From positions 163,884 to 227,883 of the forward strand of contig CASFSS010000018.1 of the NCBI GenBank assembly GCA_949297445.1: a stretch of DNA of 64,000 nt, given 5' to 3'. The number at the start of each line of letters is the position of its first letter. The stretch's first letter is position 1. A program made the translations under genes and the position numbers. The DNA is from an uncultured bacterium (GTDB taxonomy: Bacteria; Bacillota_I; Bacilli_A; RFN20; CAG-826). This document shows, one piece after another, positions 36,970 through 47,700 of the stretch. The notes below the pieces were generated by a model. That model worked only from the letters and a program-made list of their open reading frames with translations. It did no database searches and was not told the origin of the DNA.

Positions 36970-39585
36970 ATGAAAAAGTCGCAACGTAAAACACCATATT
37001 TTGATGCCTTAAAAAAATATTTGTCAGTCGAAGTTTCTCCTTTTGATGTGCCAGGACATCATATGGGTAATGTCCCGAACAAATTAAAAACATTAGTTGG
37101 TGAAAATGTTTTTCGTGCGGACGTCAACGCTCCTATCGGCATGGACAATTTAGCCGCTCCTCGCGGCCCGCTTTTAGAGGCACAACGATTGATGGCGGAT
37201 TTTTGTGGAGCGAGTCGGGCTTTTTTCTTAATTAACGGCACAACTTCGGGCATCATTGCGATGATAATGACTGCTTGTCGAGCTAACGACCGAATTATTT
37301 TGCCACGCAACGTTCATAAATCAATTATTAATGCTTTGGTTTTAAGTGGAGCCATTCCGACTTATATTATGCCCCGCTTAGATTCTGAATTAGAGATTGC
37401 CAATCAACCATCGGTAGATGATTACGTTAGGGCAATGAATCGTTATCCGTCCGCTAAAGCTATTTTTGTTATTAATCCAACTTATTTTGGTTCCGTTATT
37501 GATTTGAAGCAATTGGTAGAAATTGCTCACGCACGAGGAATCGCGGTTTTGGTAGATGAAGCGCATGGCGCCCATTATTATTTCAACAAAAATGGTCCGC
37601 TATCAGCTATGGAATGTGGAGCGGATATGTCTAGTGTTTCCTTCCATAAGACAGGTGGCAGTTTGACTCAATCGAGCGTGTTATTATTAAACGAGGGTAT
37701 TTTCTCGCGCCGAGAAATACAAAAAACATTAAATATATTAAATACAACTTCACCTAATACATTGTTGCTTGCTAGTTTAGACACCGCTCGTGAATATGTG
37801 GCTATGCATGGCCAAGCAAACATGAATCGCGTTTTTGAATTAAGTGATTTTGCGAGAGAACAAATTGATAAAATTAAAGGCTTTAAAACAGTTGGCAAAG
37901 ACCATTTTGTAAAATACGGTTCTTACGATTATGACAAAACAAAACTAGTAATCGCGTTAGAACACCTCGACATAAACGGTTTTGAATTATATAAGTTTTT
38001 AAAAGTCGATTATAACATTCAAGTGGAACTAGCCGAGACCTATGTCATTATGGCCATTTTAGCAATCGGTACAAAGAAAAAGCATATTTTAGCTTTAATA
38101 AAAGCGTTAAAAGATATTTCTAGAAAACATTATAAAAAAAGCAATGTTCGCGATGAACATTCGTTTGGAATTGATTTCCCATATATGCTTATGCGACCTC
38201 GTTTGGCCTATCACGCCGATGGGAAAAAAGTGCCATTAGAGAAAGCCGTTAATGAAATTGCTAAAGAGCAATTGATGATTTATCCACCGGGAATACCGCT
38301 AATTGTTCCTGGCGAGGTTTTCACTAAGGAATTAGTGGATCGCATTAAAACATATAAGAAGATGAACGGAACTATATTGAGCGATTATAAAAATGCTGAC
38401 AATGTCAGCGTGATTGACCGTGACAAATGGCAACAATTCCATTTGTTTAAAAACAAACTCAATGACTATTTGATTAAAAAGATTACCACGCCACGAGGCG
38501 ATGATTATGTGATGCCTTTTGAAGGCGAGGCGCACGAAGGAACAATTATTTTACTTCCCTTCCGAAAAGACACCTGGCGAGAAAATGCTAAGCTGGCTCA
38601 AAACGCTTATCGACAAGTTATTATGGCCATCGCTAAATATGAAAAAGTATATGTCGGCATTCATCCCTCAATTTATAATTCCTTGATTGATAGCTATAAA
38701 GATGTTGACAACATCGTTCCTATCAAAATTCGTTATAACGACGCTTGGGCGCGCGACAATTGTCCTATTTTTGTCATCAACAAGGAGAACAAGATGCGTG
38801 CGGTCGATTTTCGCTTTAATGCATGGGGCGGCGAAGTAGATGGTTTATATAACAATTACAAAGAAGACGATTTGATCGCTAAGGCAATGGCAAAATATTT
38901 TGGTGTAGAAAGATATTATTTAGAAAACTTTGTCTTAGAAGGTGGCAGCATCCATGTCGATGGCAAAGGTACTTGTTTGGTGACGGAGGCATGCCTATTG
39001 TCAAACGGTCGTAACCCGCATTTAAACAAATTGCAAATAGAAGAAACCTTAAAAATTTATCTAAATGTTTCTAAAGTTATTTGGTTAAAACACGGTATCT
39101 ATTTAGACGAGACAAACGAGCATGTAGATAATATCGCTTGCTTTGTTCGTCCTGGCGTAATTGCTCTAGCCTGGACAAACGATAAAAATGATCCACAATA
39201 TGAATATTCCCTCTCTTGTTACAACATTTTGAAAAAAGAGCATGATGCGGAAGGCAATCCTTTTAAAATAGTAAAAATTATTAACCCCGAGCCAATATAT
39301 ACGAACAAAGAAGACACGAAAGGAATTCAAGCTGGTCGCTACTCGGCTGTGCCGCGCTTAGTAGGCTCACGCTTAGCGGCTAGTTACATAAATTTCTATC
39401 AAGGTGAAAAGTTTGTCATTATGCCTGGTTTTGGTGTAAAAGAAGATGGTCCGGCCTTAAAAAGAATGAAACGACTATTTCCTGAAAAGGATGTCATCCA
39501 AATCAATTCGCGTGAAATTTTATTAGGCGGTGGAAACATTCATTGCATCACTATGCAAGTGCCTAAAACTCATAAAGGAGAATAA
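36970..39585 (+). CDS. Fused arginine decarboxylase (Orn/Lys/Arg decarboxylase, PLP fold-I, Bacillus SpeA type) and agmatine deiminase
   Basis: Residues 1 to ~490 match Bacillus-type SpeA (FDVPGHHMG...PRNVHKS..SFHKTGGSL). Residues ~510-871 match agmatine deiminase (MPFEGEAHEGT...WARDNCPIFV...GGGNIHCITMQ with catalytic Cys). It is one uninterrupted ORF of 871 aa. Confidence 0.85.
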   Translation: MKKSQRKTPYFDALKKYLSVEVSPFDVPGHHMGNVPNKLKTLVGENVFRADVNAPIGMDNLAAPRGPLLEAQRLMADFCGASRAFFLINGTTSGIIAMIMTACRANDRIILPRNVHKSIINALVLSGAIPTYIMPRLDSELEIANQPSVDDYVRAMNRYPSAKAIFVINPTYFGSVIDLKQLVEIAHARGIAVLVDEAHGAHYYFNKNGPLSAMECGADMSSVSFHKTGGSLTQSSVLLLNEGIFSRREIQKTLNILNTTSPNTLLLASLDTAREYVAMHGQANMNRVFELSDFAREQIDKIKGFKTVGKDHFVKYGSYDYDKTKLVIALEHLDINGFELYKFLKVDYNIQVELAETYVIMAILAIGTKKKHILALIKALKDISRKHYKKSNVRDEHSFGIDFPYMLMRPRLAYHADGKKVPLEKAVNEIAKEQLMIYPPGIPLIVPGEVFTKELVDRIKTYKKMNGTILSDYKNADNVSVIDRDKWQQFHLFKNKLNDYLIKKITTPRGDDYVMPFEGEAHEGTIILLPFRKDTWRENAKLAQNAYRQVIMAIAKYEKVYVGIHPSIYNSLIDSYKDVDNIVPIKIRYNDAWARDNCPIFVINKENKMRAVDFRFNAWGGEVDGLYNNYKEDDLIAKAMAKYFGVERYYLENFVLEGGSIHVDGKGTCLVTEACLLSNGRNPHLNKLQIEETLKIYLNVSKVIWLKHGIYLDETNEHVDNIACFVRPGVIALAWTNDKNDPQYEYSLSCYNILKKEHDAEGNPFKIVKIINPEPIYTNKEDTKGIQAGRYSAVPRLVGSRLAASYINFYQGEKFVIMPGFGVKEDGPALKRMKRLFPEKDVIQINSREILLGGGNIHCITMQVPKTHKGE

Positions 39586-39587
39586 GT

Positions 39588-40454
39588 ATGTCAGTTAAAG
39601 TTGCGATTACACAAATGAGTTGTTCAGCCAATATTCAAGCCAATATCCACAAAGCAATTTCGCTCGTTGAAAAGGCAGCGAAAGAGGGCGCAAACATTAT
39701 TTTGTTACAAGAGTTATTTTCTTCTTTATATTTTTGTCAAGTTGAAGACTATAATAATTTCTCTTTAGCGGAAAACAAAAATGATTCAGCTTTAATAAAA
39801 ACTTTTCAAGAAGTAGCCAAAAAATATAATGTTGTTTTGCCAATTTCCTTTTTTGAAAAAAGCGGAGCTAATTATTTTAATTCCTTAGTTATGATAGATG
39901 CCGATGGAACCAATTTAGGTTTATATCGAAAGATGCATATTCCTACGGGGCAATGCTACGAAGAAAAGTTTTATTTTTCTCCTGGTGATACCGGCTATAA
40001 GATTTTTAAAACTAAATTCGGTAAAATTGGAGTTGGCATTTGCTGGGACCAATGGTTTCCCGAAGTGGCTAGAATTCTCGCTTTAAAAGGCGCGGAATTG
40101 CTTGTCTATCCGACCGCTATCGGCAGTGAACCAGTGTTGGTTAAAGATTCGATGATTCATTGGCGAAACACCATGTGTGGTCATGCTGCCGCTAATATCA
40201 TTCCTCTTTTAGCCTCTAATCGGGTTGGTGTAGAAAGTGTCGCTGGTTCAACCATGACTTTTGGTGGCTATTCTTTTATTGCCAATCAATATGGCGAAGT
40301 TGTGAAAGAATTGTCGAGAGTCGAAGAAGGGTATGCCATATACGAATTTGATTTAGATAGCATCGATAAAGATCGTATTTATTGGGGAGTATTTCGAGAT
40401 AGGCGAATCGATAGTTATTCACCTCTTCTAGAGTATGGAAACGAAGACGAATAA
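39588..40454 (+). CDS. aguB: N-carbamoylputrescine amidohydrolase (nitrilase superfamily)
   Basis: CN-hydrolase catalytic triad context (E in ILLQELF, K in RKMHIP, C in GVGICWDQWFPE). It lies immediately downstream of the deiminase fusion. Confidence 0.85.
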   Translation: MSVKVAITQMSCSANIQANIHKAISLVEKAAKEGANIILLQELFSSLYFCQVEDYNNFSLAENKNDSALIKTFQEVAKKYNVVLPISFFEKSGANYFNSLVMIDADGTNLGLYRKMHIPTGQCYEEKFYFSPGDTGYKIFKTKFGKIGVGICWDQWFPEVARILALKGAELLVYPTAIGSEPVLVKDSMIHWRNTMCGHAAANIIPLLASNRVGVESVAGSTMTFGGYSFIANQYGEVVKELSRVEEGYAIYEFDLDSIDKDRIYWGVFRDRRIDSYSPLLEYGNEDE

Positions 40455-41316
40455 GGTAGCTTTAGCGATTCAAGGCGGTGGCGTGCGTGGCGCGTTTGCT
40501 AGTGGAGTGTTAGATGCCTTTTTAGAAGAAGGCTTAACCTTTCCTTATATTATTGGTGTTAGTGCAGGAGTTTTAAATGCCTGCAATTTTGTTTCAAAAG
40601 ATTTTGGCCGTTCTTATATCGTTTGTTCTAAATACATGCAAGACAAACGATTTTACGGGAGAAAAGTTTTCTTAAAAACACATTCATATTTTAATTTTGA
40701 TTTTTTGTTTAATGAATTGGCAAAATCAGAACTTCCGTTTGATTACCAAACATTTGCAAATTCCCCCACGGAAATTGTGGCGGTGGCCACTAGGTGTAAA
40801 GACGCCAAACAAGCATATTTTTATAAATCCAAAATGCCCGTGGATGAATTTTTAAATTTGGCGTGCGCCGCTAGTGCCTCGTTACCATTATTATCAAAAA
40901 AAGTTGTTATAGATGATGAAGAATATTTAGATGGTGGCATTGTAACGCCCCTACCTTTGGAAAAAGTTAAAGAAGATGGCTACGAAAAGATATTAGTAAT
41001 TTTGTCGCGTCCAATTGGCTTTCGCAAAACCAAAAGCCATCGGAATGTTTTAATTTCGAAAATGCCAACCTTTTCCGGGACGACCTATCGCTTTTTACGC
41101 AAGGCATTAAGAGATACATATTTATCCTATAATGAATGCATTGATAAAATTGAAAATTCGAGCGATAAAAAGAATATTTATATCATTGCTCCCAAAGAGA
41201 CATACGACATAAAAGTAACCGAACAAGATACAACTAAAATTGAAAGATTATATTTAGACGGCAAAGAGATAGCAAAGAAAGAGATGGAGGCTATCAAAAA
41301 GTTTTTATATGAATAA
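40435..41316 (+). CDS. Patatin-like phospholipase
   Basis: Oxyanion GGGVRG and nucleophile GVSAG are present. Confidence 0.8.
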   Translation: METKTNKVALAIQGGGVRGAFASGVLDAFLEEGLTFPYIIGVSAGVLNACNFVSKDFGRSYIVCSKYMQDKRFYGRKVFLKTHSYFNFDFLFNELAKSELPFDYQTFANSPTEIVAVATRCKDAKQAYFYKSKMPVDEFLNLACAASASLPLLSKKVVIDDEEYLDGGIVTPLPLEKVKEDGYEKILVILSRPIGFRKTKSHRNVLISKMPTFSGTTYRFLRKALRDTYLSYNECIDKIENSSDKKNIYIIAPKETYDIKVTEQDTTKIERLYLDGKEIAKKEMEAIKKFLYE

Positions 41317-42247
41317 AAACGATATTAAAAATAGAAGAAGACCCGCTAGACGAAAAAAAGAAAATAATTTTCGTGAATGGGTAGTAAAAACCTCTAATAT
41401 AACCTTATTTGCTTTTTTAGAAGAAGTTTATCCATCCTTATCAAGAAATAATATTAAACACCTTCTATCATCGCATCGAGTTTCCATTCATGGGGCGATG
41501 GTTTCGCAATTTGATTTTATACTTAATAAGGGTGATTCGGTAATTGTTTTTCAAGACCCAATTAAGCGAAGCGGTTCAAAAAATAAATTGCCGATAATTT
41601 ATGAAGATGATGAATTAATTGCCATTGATAAACCATCGACGCTTTTAAGCGTTTCTAGCGATAAAGAAAAGCGGAATACCGCTTATCGACTAGTGATGGA
41701 TTATGTACAAAGTAAAGATAGACATACGCGCATTTATGTAGTGCATCGTATTGACGAAGATACTTCTGGCGTATTGCTTTTTGTCAAAAACGAAAAGCTT
41801 GCGCGCGAGCTTCAAGACAACTGGCAATCGTTAGTTAAAAAAAGAGGCTATTACGCAGTAGTTGAAGGTAAGATGGAAAAATCTACGGGAACTTATGTCG
41901 ATTATCTAAAAGAAAACAAATTAAATTTGATGTATGTTACCGACGATAAAAAGTATGGTAAGTTATGCAAAACATCATATGAAGTAATTCGTGAATCAGA
42001 AAAATATTCCTTGTTAGATATTAGCATTGATTCAGGCCGTAAAAATCAAATTCGCGTTCAATTAGGTTACCGAAATCACCATGTCTTAGGCGATGATAAA
42101 TATGGTGAGCCAGCTAACCCGCTAAACCGTCTTGCCTTGCATGCTTACGAACTATCTTTACTCCATCCTCAAACAAAGAAATTGATGAAATTTCGTTCAA
42201 AAATGCCAAAGGAATTTATGGCTCTTTTTGATAAAAATAAAAAATAA
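41309..42247 (+). CDS. RluA-family pseudouridine synthase (RluC/RluD-like) with basic N-terminal extension
   Basis: S4-like domain followed by the catalytic motif HRIDEDTSGVLLF. Confidence 0.85.
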   Translation: MNKNDIKNRRRPARRKKENNFREWVVKTSNITLFAFLEEVYPSLSRNNIKHLLSSHRVSIHGAMVSQFDFILNKGDSVIVFQDPIKRSGSKNKLPIIYEDDELIAIDKPSTLLSVSSDKEKRNTAYRLVMDYVQSKDRHTRIYVVHRIDEDTSGVLLFVKNEKLARELQDNWQSLVKKRGYYAVVEGKMEKSTGTYVDYLKENKLNLMYVTDDKKYGKLCKTSYEVIRESEKYSLLDISIDSGRKNQIRVQLGYRNHHVLGDDKYGEPANPLNRLALHAYELSLLHPQTKKLMKFRSKMPKEFMALFDKNKK

Positions 42248-42324
42248 GAAAACTTTTGCGGAGTTTTTAATATCCATGATTGTTTTTATTCTTTGTTAAA
42301 GGCATAATTGTTTAGGTAATAATT

Positions 42325-43857
42325 ATGGTTTTAGAATGGGTTAAAAAATTAAAAGACGCTGCACTATCTACGTTACCAGTTATCATTGTAGTGATAGTCG
42401 TTTTTTTGGTTGATCGTTTTTTATTAAATCAATCGTTAACGAACAATGACATTATTCTTTTTGCTGTCTCAGCTGTTTTATTGACTATTGGTATGTGGCT
42501 ATTCACCATCGGGGCTGAAGCCTCAACCACTAAACTAGGTGAATATGTAGGCTCAACTTTGACGAAGAGAAAAAGCATGCTTCTTTTAGTCATAATCATC
42601 TTTTTGGTAGGCATATTAATTACTGTTGCGGAACCCGATTTATCCGCTTTATCTAATCAGGTGCCCATCAATAGTTATGTATTAATTTTTACCATTGGAG
42701 TTGGCACCGGTTTATTTTTAGTAGTCGGTGCCATTCGTATCATTTTTCAAAAAAGTTTGAAGGTATGGTTATTAGCTTTTTATGGCTTGCTTTTTGCCGT
42801 TGCTTGTCTACTAGATTCGCAATATATTCCGATATCGTTTGATAGTGGAGGCGTTACAACCGGTCCTATCACTGTGCCTTTCATTTTAGCCCTCGGCGTA
42901 GGTATTGCCACTAGCCGTGGCGGTAATAAGACTAACTCCGACTCATTCGGCTTAGTTGCCTTTGCAAGTGTTGGTCCAATAATAATGGTCATGATTTTAT
43001 CGCTAATTTTGCAAGGTTCGGGGCAAGATTTGACCATGTCGACTTCAGAAACTACCGACAATATTTGGCTCTTGCTTAAAGATGGTTTTGTTGACGCTAG
43101 TATCAATGTTTTGATTTCCTTATCGCCACTAGCGATATTCTTTTTAATCTTTAATTTCATCTTCATAAAATTGCCAAGAAAGACTTTGATAAAAATATTA
43201 GTCGCTTTGATTTATACCTACGTTGGATTAGTTTTGTTCCTTGGCTCGGTCGAAGCTGGCTTTATGAATATGGGTACTCAATTAGGAATAATTTTAGGTG
43301 CAGATAGTTCGATGCTATGGCTACTTCTTGTGATAGGCGCTACGCTAGGTGTTGCCGCCATATTTGCCGAACCAGCAGTTCATATTCTTACTGAACAAGT
43401 TGAAGAGGTGGGCGACGGCGTCATTCATAAAAGTGTCGTATTGATTGCTTTAGCAGTCGGTAATGGCTTGGCAATTGTGCTTGCTTTGCTACGCATCATT
43501 TATCAATTTCCCCTTTTATATTATTTAGTTCCTGGCTATATTTTGGCCTTTTTGTTGTCCTTCTTGGTTCCTGATATTTATAGTGCCATTGCATTTGATA
43601 GTGGAGGCGTTGTTTCCGGACCAATGAACTCAACCTTTTTAGTTCCTTTTGCTACAGGCGTTGCCACGGCTATTTCGTTGACCGATGGAGCAATTATGGA
43701 ATACGCTTTCGGCATGATTGCTTTAGTGGCGTTAATGCCTTTGATCTCAATCCAATTAGTCGGTCTATCGGCCGTGCTTAAAAGGCGCGCCGAACTTCAT
43801 ATTGCGCGAACAAGAGTGCGAGAAGAATTCGACAATCAAATTATTCATTTTGAATGA
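42325..43857 (+). CDS. DUF1538-type polytopic membrane protein with internal tandem duplication
   Basis: Two homologous halves each carry FDSGGV(T/V)(T/S)GP. An identical 18-nt string TTTGATAGTGGAGGCGTT occurs at 42839 and 43593. There are about 12 TM helices. Confidence 0.6.
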   Translation: MVLEWVKKLKDAALSTLPVIIVVIVVFLVDRFLLNQSLTNNDIILFAVSAVLLTIGMWLFTIGAEASTTKLGEYVGSTLTKRKSMLLLVIIIFLVGILITVAEPDLSALSNQVPINSYVLIFTIGVGTGLFLVVGAIRIIFQKSLKVWLLAFYGLLFAVACLLDSQYIPISFDSGGVTTGPITVPFILALGVGIATSRGGNKTNSDSFGLVAFASVGPIIMVMILSLILQGSGQDLTMSTSETTDNIWLLLKDGFVDASINVLISLSPLAIFFLIFNFIFIKLPRKTLIKILVALIYTYVGLVLFLGSVEAGFMNMGTQLGIILGADSSMLWLLLVIGATLGVAAIFAEPAVHILTEQVEEVGDGVIHKSVVLIALAVGNGLAIVLALLRIIYQFPLLYYLVPGYILAFLLSFLVPDIYSAIAFDSGGVVSGPMNSTFLVPFATGVATAISLTDGAIMEYAFGMIALVALMPLISIQLVGLSAVLKRRAELHIARTRVREEFDNQIIHFE

Positions 43858-43868
43858 GGTATCATTTA

Positions 43869-44348
43869 ATGGCTGAAAAGAAAGAAAAGGAAAAAATAAC
43901 CACTCGTCTTAAGAAGAAAGTACAAGCGATTAGTGGAAAAAAGGAAGAGTTAGAGTCAGCGCTCGCTCCCTCTTTTGAAGATAGCCATCACATATCACCT
44001 TTAAAATTGTTTGTCATCATTGTTCCTTATGGTCAAGCTGGCGCAATTATTAAGCGATTAGAATCGATGGAGGCCTCTTCTTCTTTTATTATTTCTGCAC
44101 AAGGCACAGGTTCAAAAGATATCTATGATGTAATCGGTCTTAGCGATACTAAAAAACAAGTGATTTTATCGGTTCTCAAAGAAGAAAATGTTCCTGAGTT
44201 TAAACGTTTATTAGAAGAGCGTTTTTCAATTTCTAGGGCAGCAAAAGGAATTGCTTTTTCAATTAAAATAACCTCTTTAGTGGGTGTTACCATCTATAAA
44301 TTTTTATCAAATACGCAAGTGGTGAGGGAGAAAAAGAAAAATGGTTGA
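43869..44348 (+). CDS. PII (GlnB)-like small regulatory protein, paralog 1, with N-terminal Lys-rich extension
   Basis: ATG at 43869 follows a GAGGT RBS. The C-terminal ferredoxin-like PII fold region has a GIAFS motif. It is coupled to the DUF1538 gene. Confidence 0.5.
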   Translation: MAEKKEKEKITTRLKKKVQAISGKKEELESALAPSFEDSHHISPLKLFVIIVPYGQAGAIIKRLESMEASSSFIISAQGTGSKDIYDVIGLSDTKKQVILSVLKEENVPEFKRLLEERFSISRAAKGIAFSIKITSLVGVTIYKFLSNTQVVREKKKNG

Positions 44349-44697
44349 AACAAAAGATGAAATTAAAGCAACTATAAATAACGAAAACGCTGAATTGGTT
44401 TTGGTTATTGTCAACAACGGATTTGCGGATTTAGTGATGGAGGCCGCCAAGCGTAAAGGCGCGCGAGGGGGAACAATTTTACACGCTAGAGGTACTGGAA
44501 ACAAAGAGATGGAAAAGTTTTTTGGTATCTCAATTTCTCCTGAAAAAGAAATTGTTTTAATCTTAGTGAAAAAAGATCAAAAAGATGAAATTCTTAGCGA
44601 AATATATAAAGATGCTGGATTAGATACTAACGGGCAAGGAATTGCCTTTTCTTTGCCGGTGAGCGATGTCGTTGGCGCCACATTAGGCGATAATTAA
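44341..44697 (+). CDS. PII (GlnB)-like small regulatory protein, paralog 2
   Basis: 118 aa. LVLVIVNNG...KRKGARGGTILHARGTG...GIAFS resembles the PII-like proteins that pair with DUF1538. Start overlaps the paralog 1 stop. Confidence 0.55.
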   Translation: MVETKDEIKATINNENAELVLVIVNNGFADLVMEAAKRKGARGGTILHARGTGNKEMEKFFGISISPEKEIVLILVKKDQKDEILSEIYKDAGLDTNGQGIAFSLPVSDVVGATLGDN

Positions 44698-44718
44698 TTT
44701 TTCTACTTTGTCACACAT

Positions 44719-44746
44719 TCACAATTTTTCAATCGAGAAATTGTGA
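44719..44746. promoter_or_regulatory. Perfect 9-bp inverted repeat TCACAATTT-N10-AAATTGTGA between the PII-like gene and yfhO
   Basis: Read directly from the sequence. The stem is AU-rich and is followed by TATATATTTCTT, so it is either an operator or a weak terminator. Confidence 0.4.
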
Positions 44747-44779
44747 TATATATTTCTTAATGTGATATTTTAATAAATA

Positions 44780-47700
44780 ATGGAACTTGTTTTCATAACA
44801 CACAAAAAATTTTATCGAGAATATGTCTATCCTAAATTAGGATTTTTGCGAAACATACATTCGTTTTTTTATTATGTTCTTTTCTTAATTTTAGTTGGTT
44901 TTTTGTTTTTTGGTTTTGCTTTGGCTAAATCATATTTTTCAACTCCCTTTACTGGCGATTATTCGCAACAGGGAATACCTTTTGCGTACAATTTTTATGA
45001 TACATGGTGGACAGCCTTTTATAATTTCAATTTCCCGAATTGGGATATGAATGTTTTTTTAGGTGCAGATAGCATCGAGGCAAATACCTTTTACGGTTTG
45101 TTTTCTCCATTTACCTTTGTCACGCTTTTATTTCCGCGCGAACTAATACCGCAAGTTATTGCTATGTGTTCAATAGCGAGGATGGTTATCGGTGGCCTTT
45201 TCTTTCGCATATATTTGAAATATTTAGGAACGCAAGAAACAACCGCGCGAATTTTTTCCGTCGCTTATGCTTTCTTTGGTTGGACAGCTTATCACTTATG
45301 GTTTAACAGTTTTTATGAAGTAGCAACCTTTTTTCCATTAATTCTTTTTGGCATCGAAAAGGTATTGCGAGAAAAACAAATATGGGCCGTTTCGCTTGGC
45401 TTCTTTTTGCTAGGCATTTCTAATTATTTCTTCTTTTTGACGGCAGGCATTTTTGGTGTGTTTTATGCCGGCTTCCGCTTTTTTCAAACCTATAAGACGC
45501 GAACCAATAAAGAAAATCTAGCGGTTTTTGGTTTAGGAGTACTAGGTTTTGCCACAGGTATTTTGATGAGTGGCGTAGTGACCATTCCAGCGATAATTGC
45601 TTCCTTTAATATTGCTCGATATGAGGACTCAACCTATTGGAGCGATATCGTTAATGCCTTTAAACTAAAACAGTTTGATGAAGCCTTTAATTTAATATTC
45701 CTTTATTGGGGTGGAGATAATTATGGTTACCGGGCCTTTTATTCGATTGCTTCATTCTTCTTTCCAACTATATCAGACCGCTTTGTCAACATTGTTCGCG
45801 ATCAATATTTTGATAATTATGGTTCGTCGATCTTTATATTCACTCCCGGCATCATCCTCTTTTTTGCTTCGATGTGGATTTCTATGAAAGAAAGAAAAAT
45901 TTCTCATTTTATTGCCATTGGAGTTTTGACAATAGCTTTATTTATTCCTTTCTTTTATTACTTGTGTGGGGCGATGTCGATTGGCTATGGCCGTTGGGAA
46001 ATAGTAGTTGCTATCTCTGCTTTAACGTATGTAGCAATTTCCTTCGATAAGCGGCATATGGTGCCTCGTGCGGTCATTGTTGTGGCAGGTTTATTATCTA
46101 GCGCAATAATGATTGGATCTTATTTTTATGCGATGTGGCTTGACATGTACTATACGCGCATCGAAAGCTATTCTGAAATAGTTATTTTAGTGGTATATCA
46201 AGTCGTATTGACCTTGGTAACTACCGGGCTACTAACCGGCTTTTGGAAGCACAAAAAGCTACAATCAGTTTTGCTTACTATATTGACTTTTGAAATAACT
46301 GTTATGGGTACCTTGGTGGCCAATATTCACGGAACAACCAACTATATGTATTCGTTAGAAGGTGGCTATATAAATGTCCCAGTAGAAACGAAAATAATTC
46401 AAGAAATAGCCGCAAAAGACGATTCTTTTTATCGCATTCAATCGACACGAGCGTACACCTCAAACGACAATATCATGATGGTTGAAAACTATAATGGTGT
46501 TTCCACTTTCCATTCTTTTTATAATGTAGAAACCGATGATTTTCAAAGGATGAGTCACATTTTAAAAGGCGACAATACATGGATTGGTTCGGGCTATGAA
46601 AAACGAATTAATTTAGATGCTTTTTTAGGAGTGAAGTTTTATATATTGAAAGATAGTGACTACACATATTCTTATACGGCTGATGGCGAAAATTATTCTG
46701 TAAAATTTACCCCCAATGTTCCTCTTGGCTATACGCGTATCGATGATGACGCTATTGATGATGGATATTCTGTTTACGAAAATGAGCATTATATCGATTT
46801 TGCTCTCTCTTATGATGTTTTATATTACAAACATAATTGTGCTAATTCGTATTATAACGCCTTCCACACTTCTACTAATCATATATCCTCTACCTTGCGT
46901 AACGAGGAGGCTTATTTTAAAGGAGCGATTTTAGATGATGAAGATGTTGGGGAGATTTCCCGTTTATATCCGAATGCTTTTTCATTGGAAGAAGCTCCGA
47001 CAAGAGAGATGGCTATCGCTAGTGTCACAAGAACTTATTATTATGTTGAGGAATCTTTCAACCCGTTGAATCCTGATAAATATCTTGAAAGCGGACAAGT
47101 TATTTCTAGCGGAGATATTTCTAAATACGAAGCGAGCGATTTATATATTGTGTTAGAACCTAGAACAGGAGATTCTTTCCCAATGTCCCCTAACGGAATG
47201 TATTATATAATCAGTTATCGTATAACTAGTGAATCGGCCGCGACTATCTACTTAATTGGCGAAGATGAAAACGGCAATTCAAAAGTTGTGGTTTATGATA
47301 ATTTGCACAATAACGATAGCGATGGTACCAAATACTTGCGAGCCTTTTATCCAACTGAAGAAATAAAGAAAATAATTATTTGTCCGTCTTCGGAAGCGAT
47401 CGATTTAAGTGCACAATTATATTATGAAGATATCGATACGACTTTCGCCCGCATTGATGGCGCGAAAGAATATGGTGTCAGTAATGTCGAGCAAGGGGTT
47501 GATTACTTTTCTTTTGATTCTTCGTACGATTCCATTCGCTATATAATTACTCAAATTGCCTATGGCGAGGGTTGGAAAATTAAAGCGACTGATGAAAATG
47601 GGAATGTTTATTACCCAAAGACTTATAATTCGCAAGGTGGCTTTGTCGGCTTTGTAACTCCTACGATCGGCTTAATTCATTATGAAATGACCTATGAAAC

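Noticed and set aside
42248-42324. Small hairpin AAAACT-TTTGCGG-AGTTTT after the pseudouridine synthase gene as a terminator
   Set aside because: The stem is only 6 bp and entirely AU-rich, and it is followed by TAATAT rather than a U-tract. It is too weak to call.
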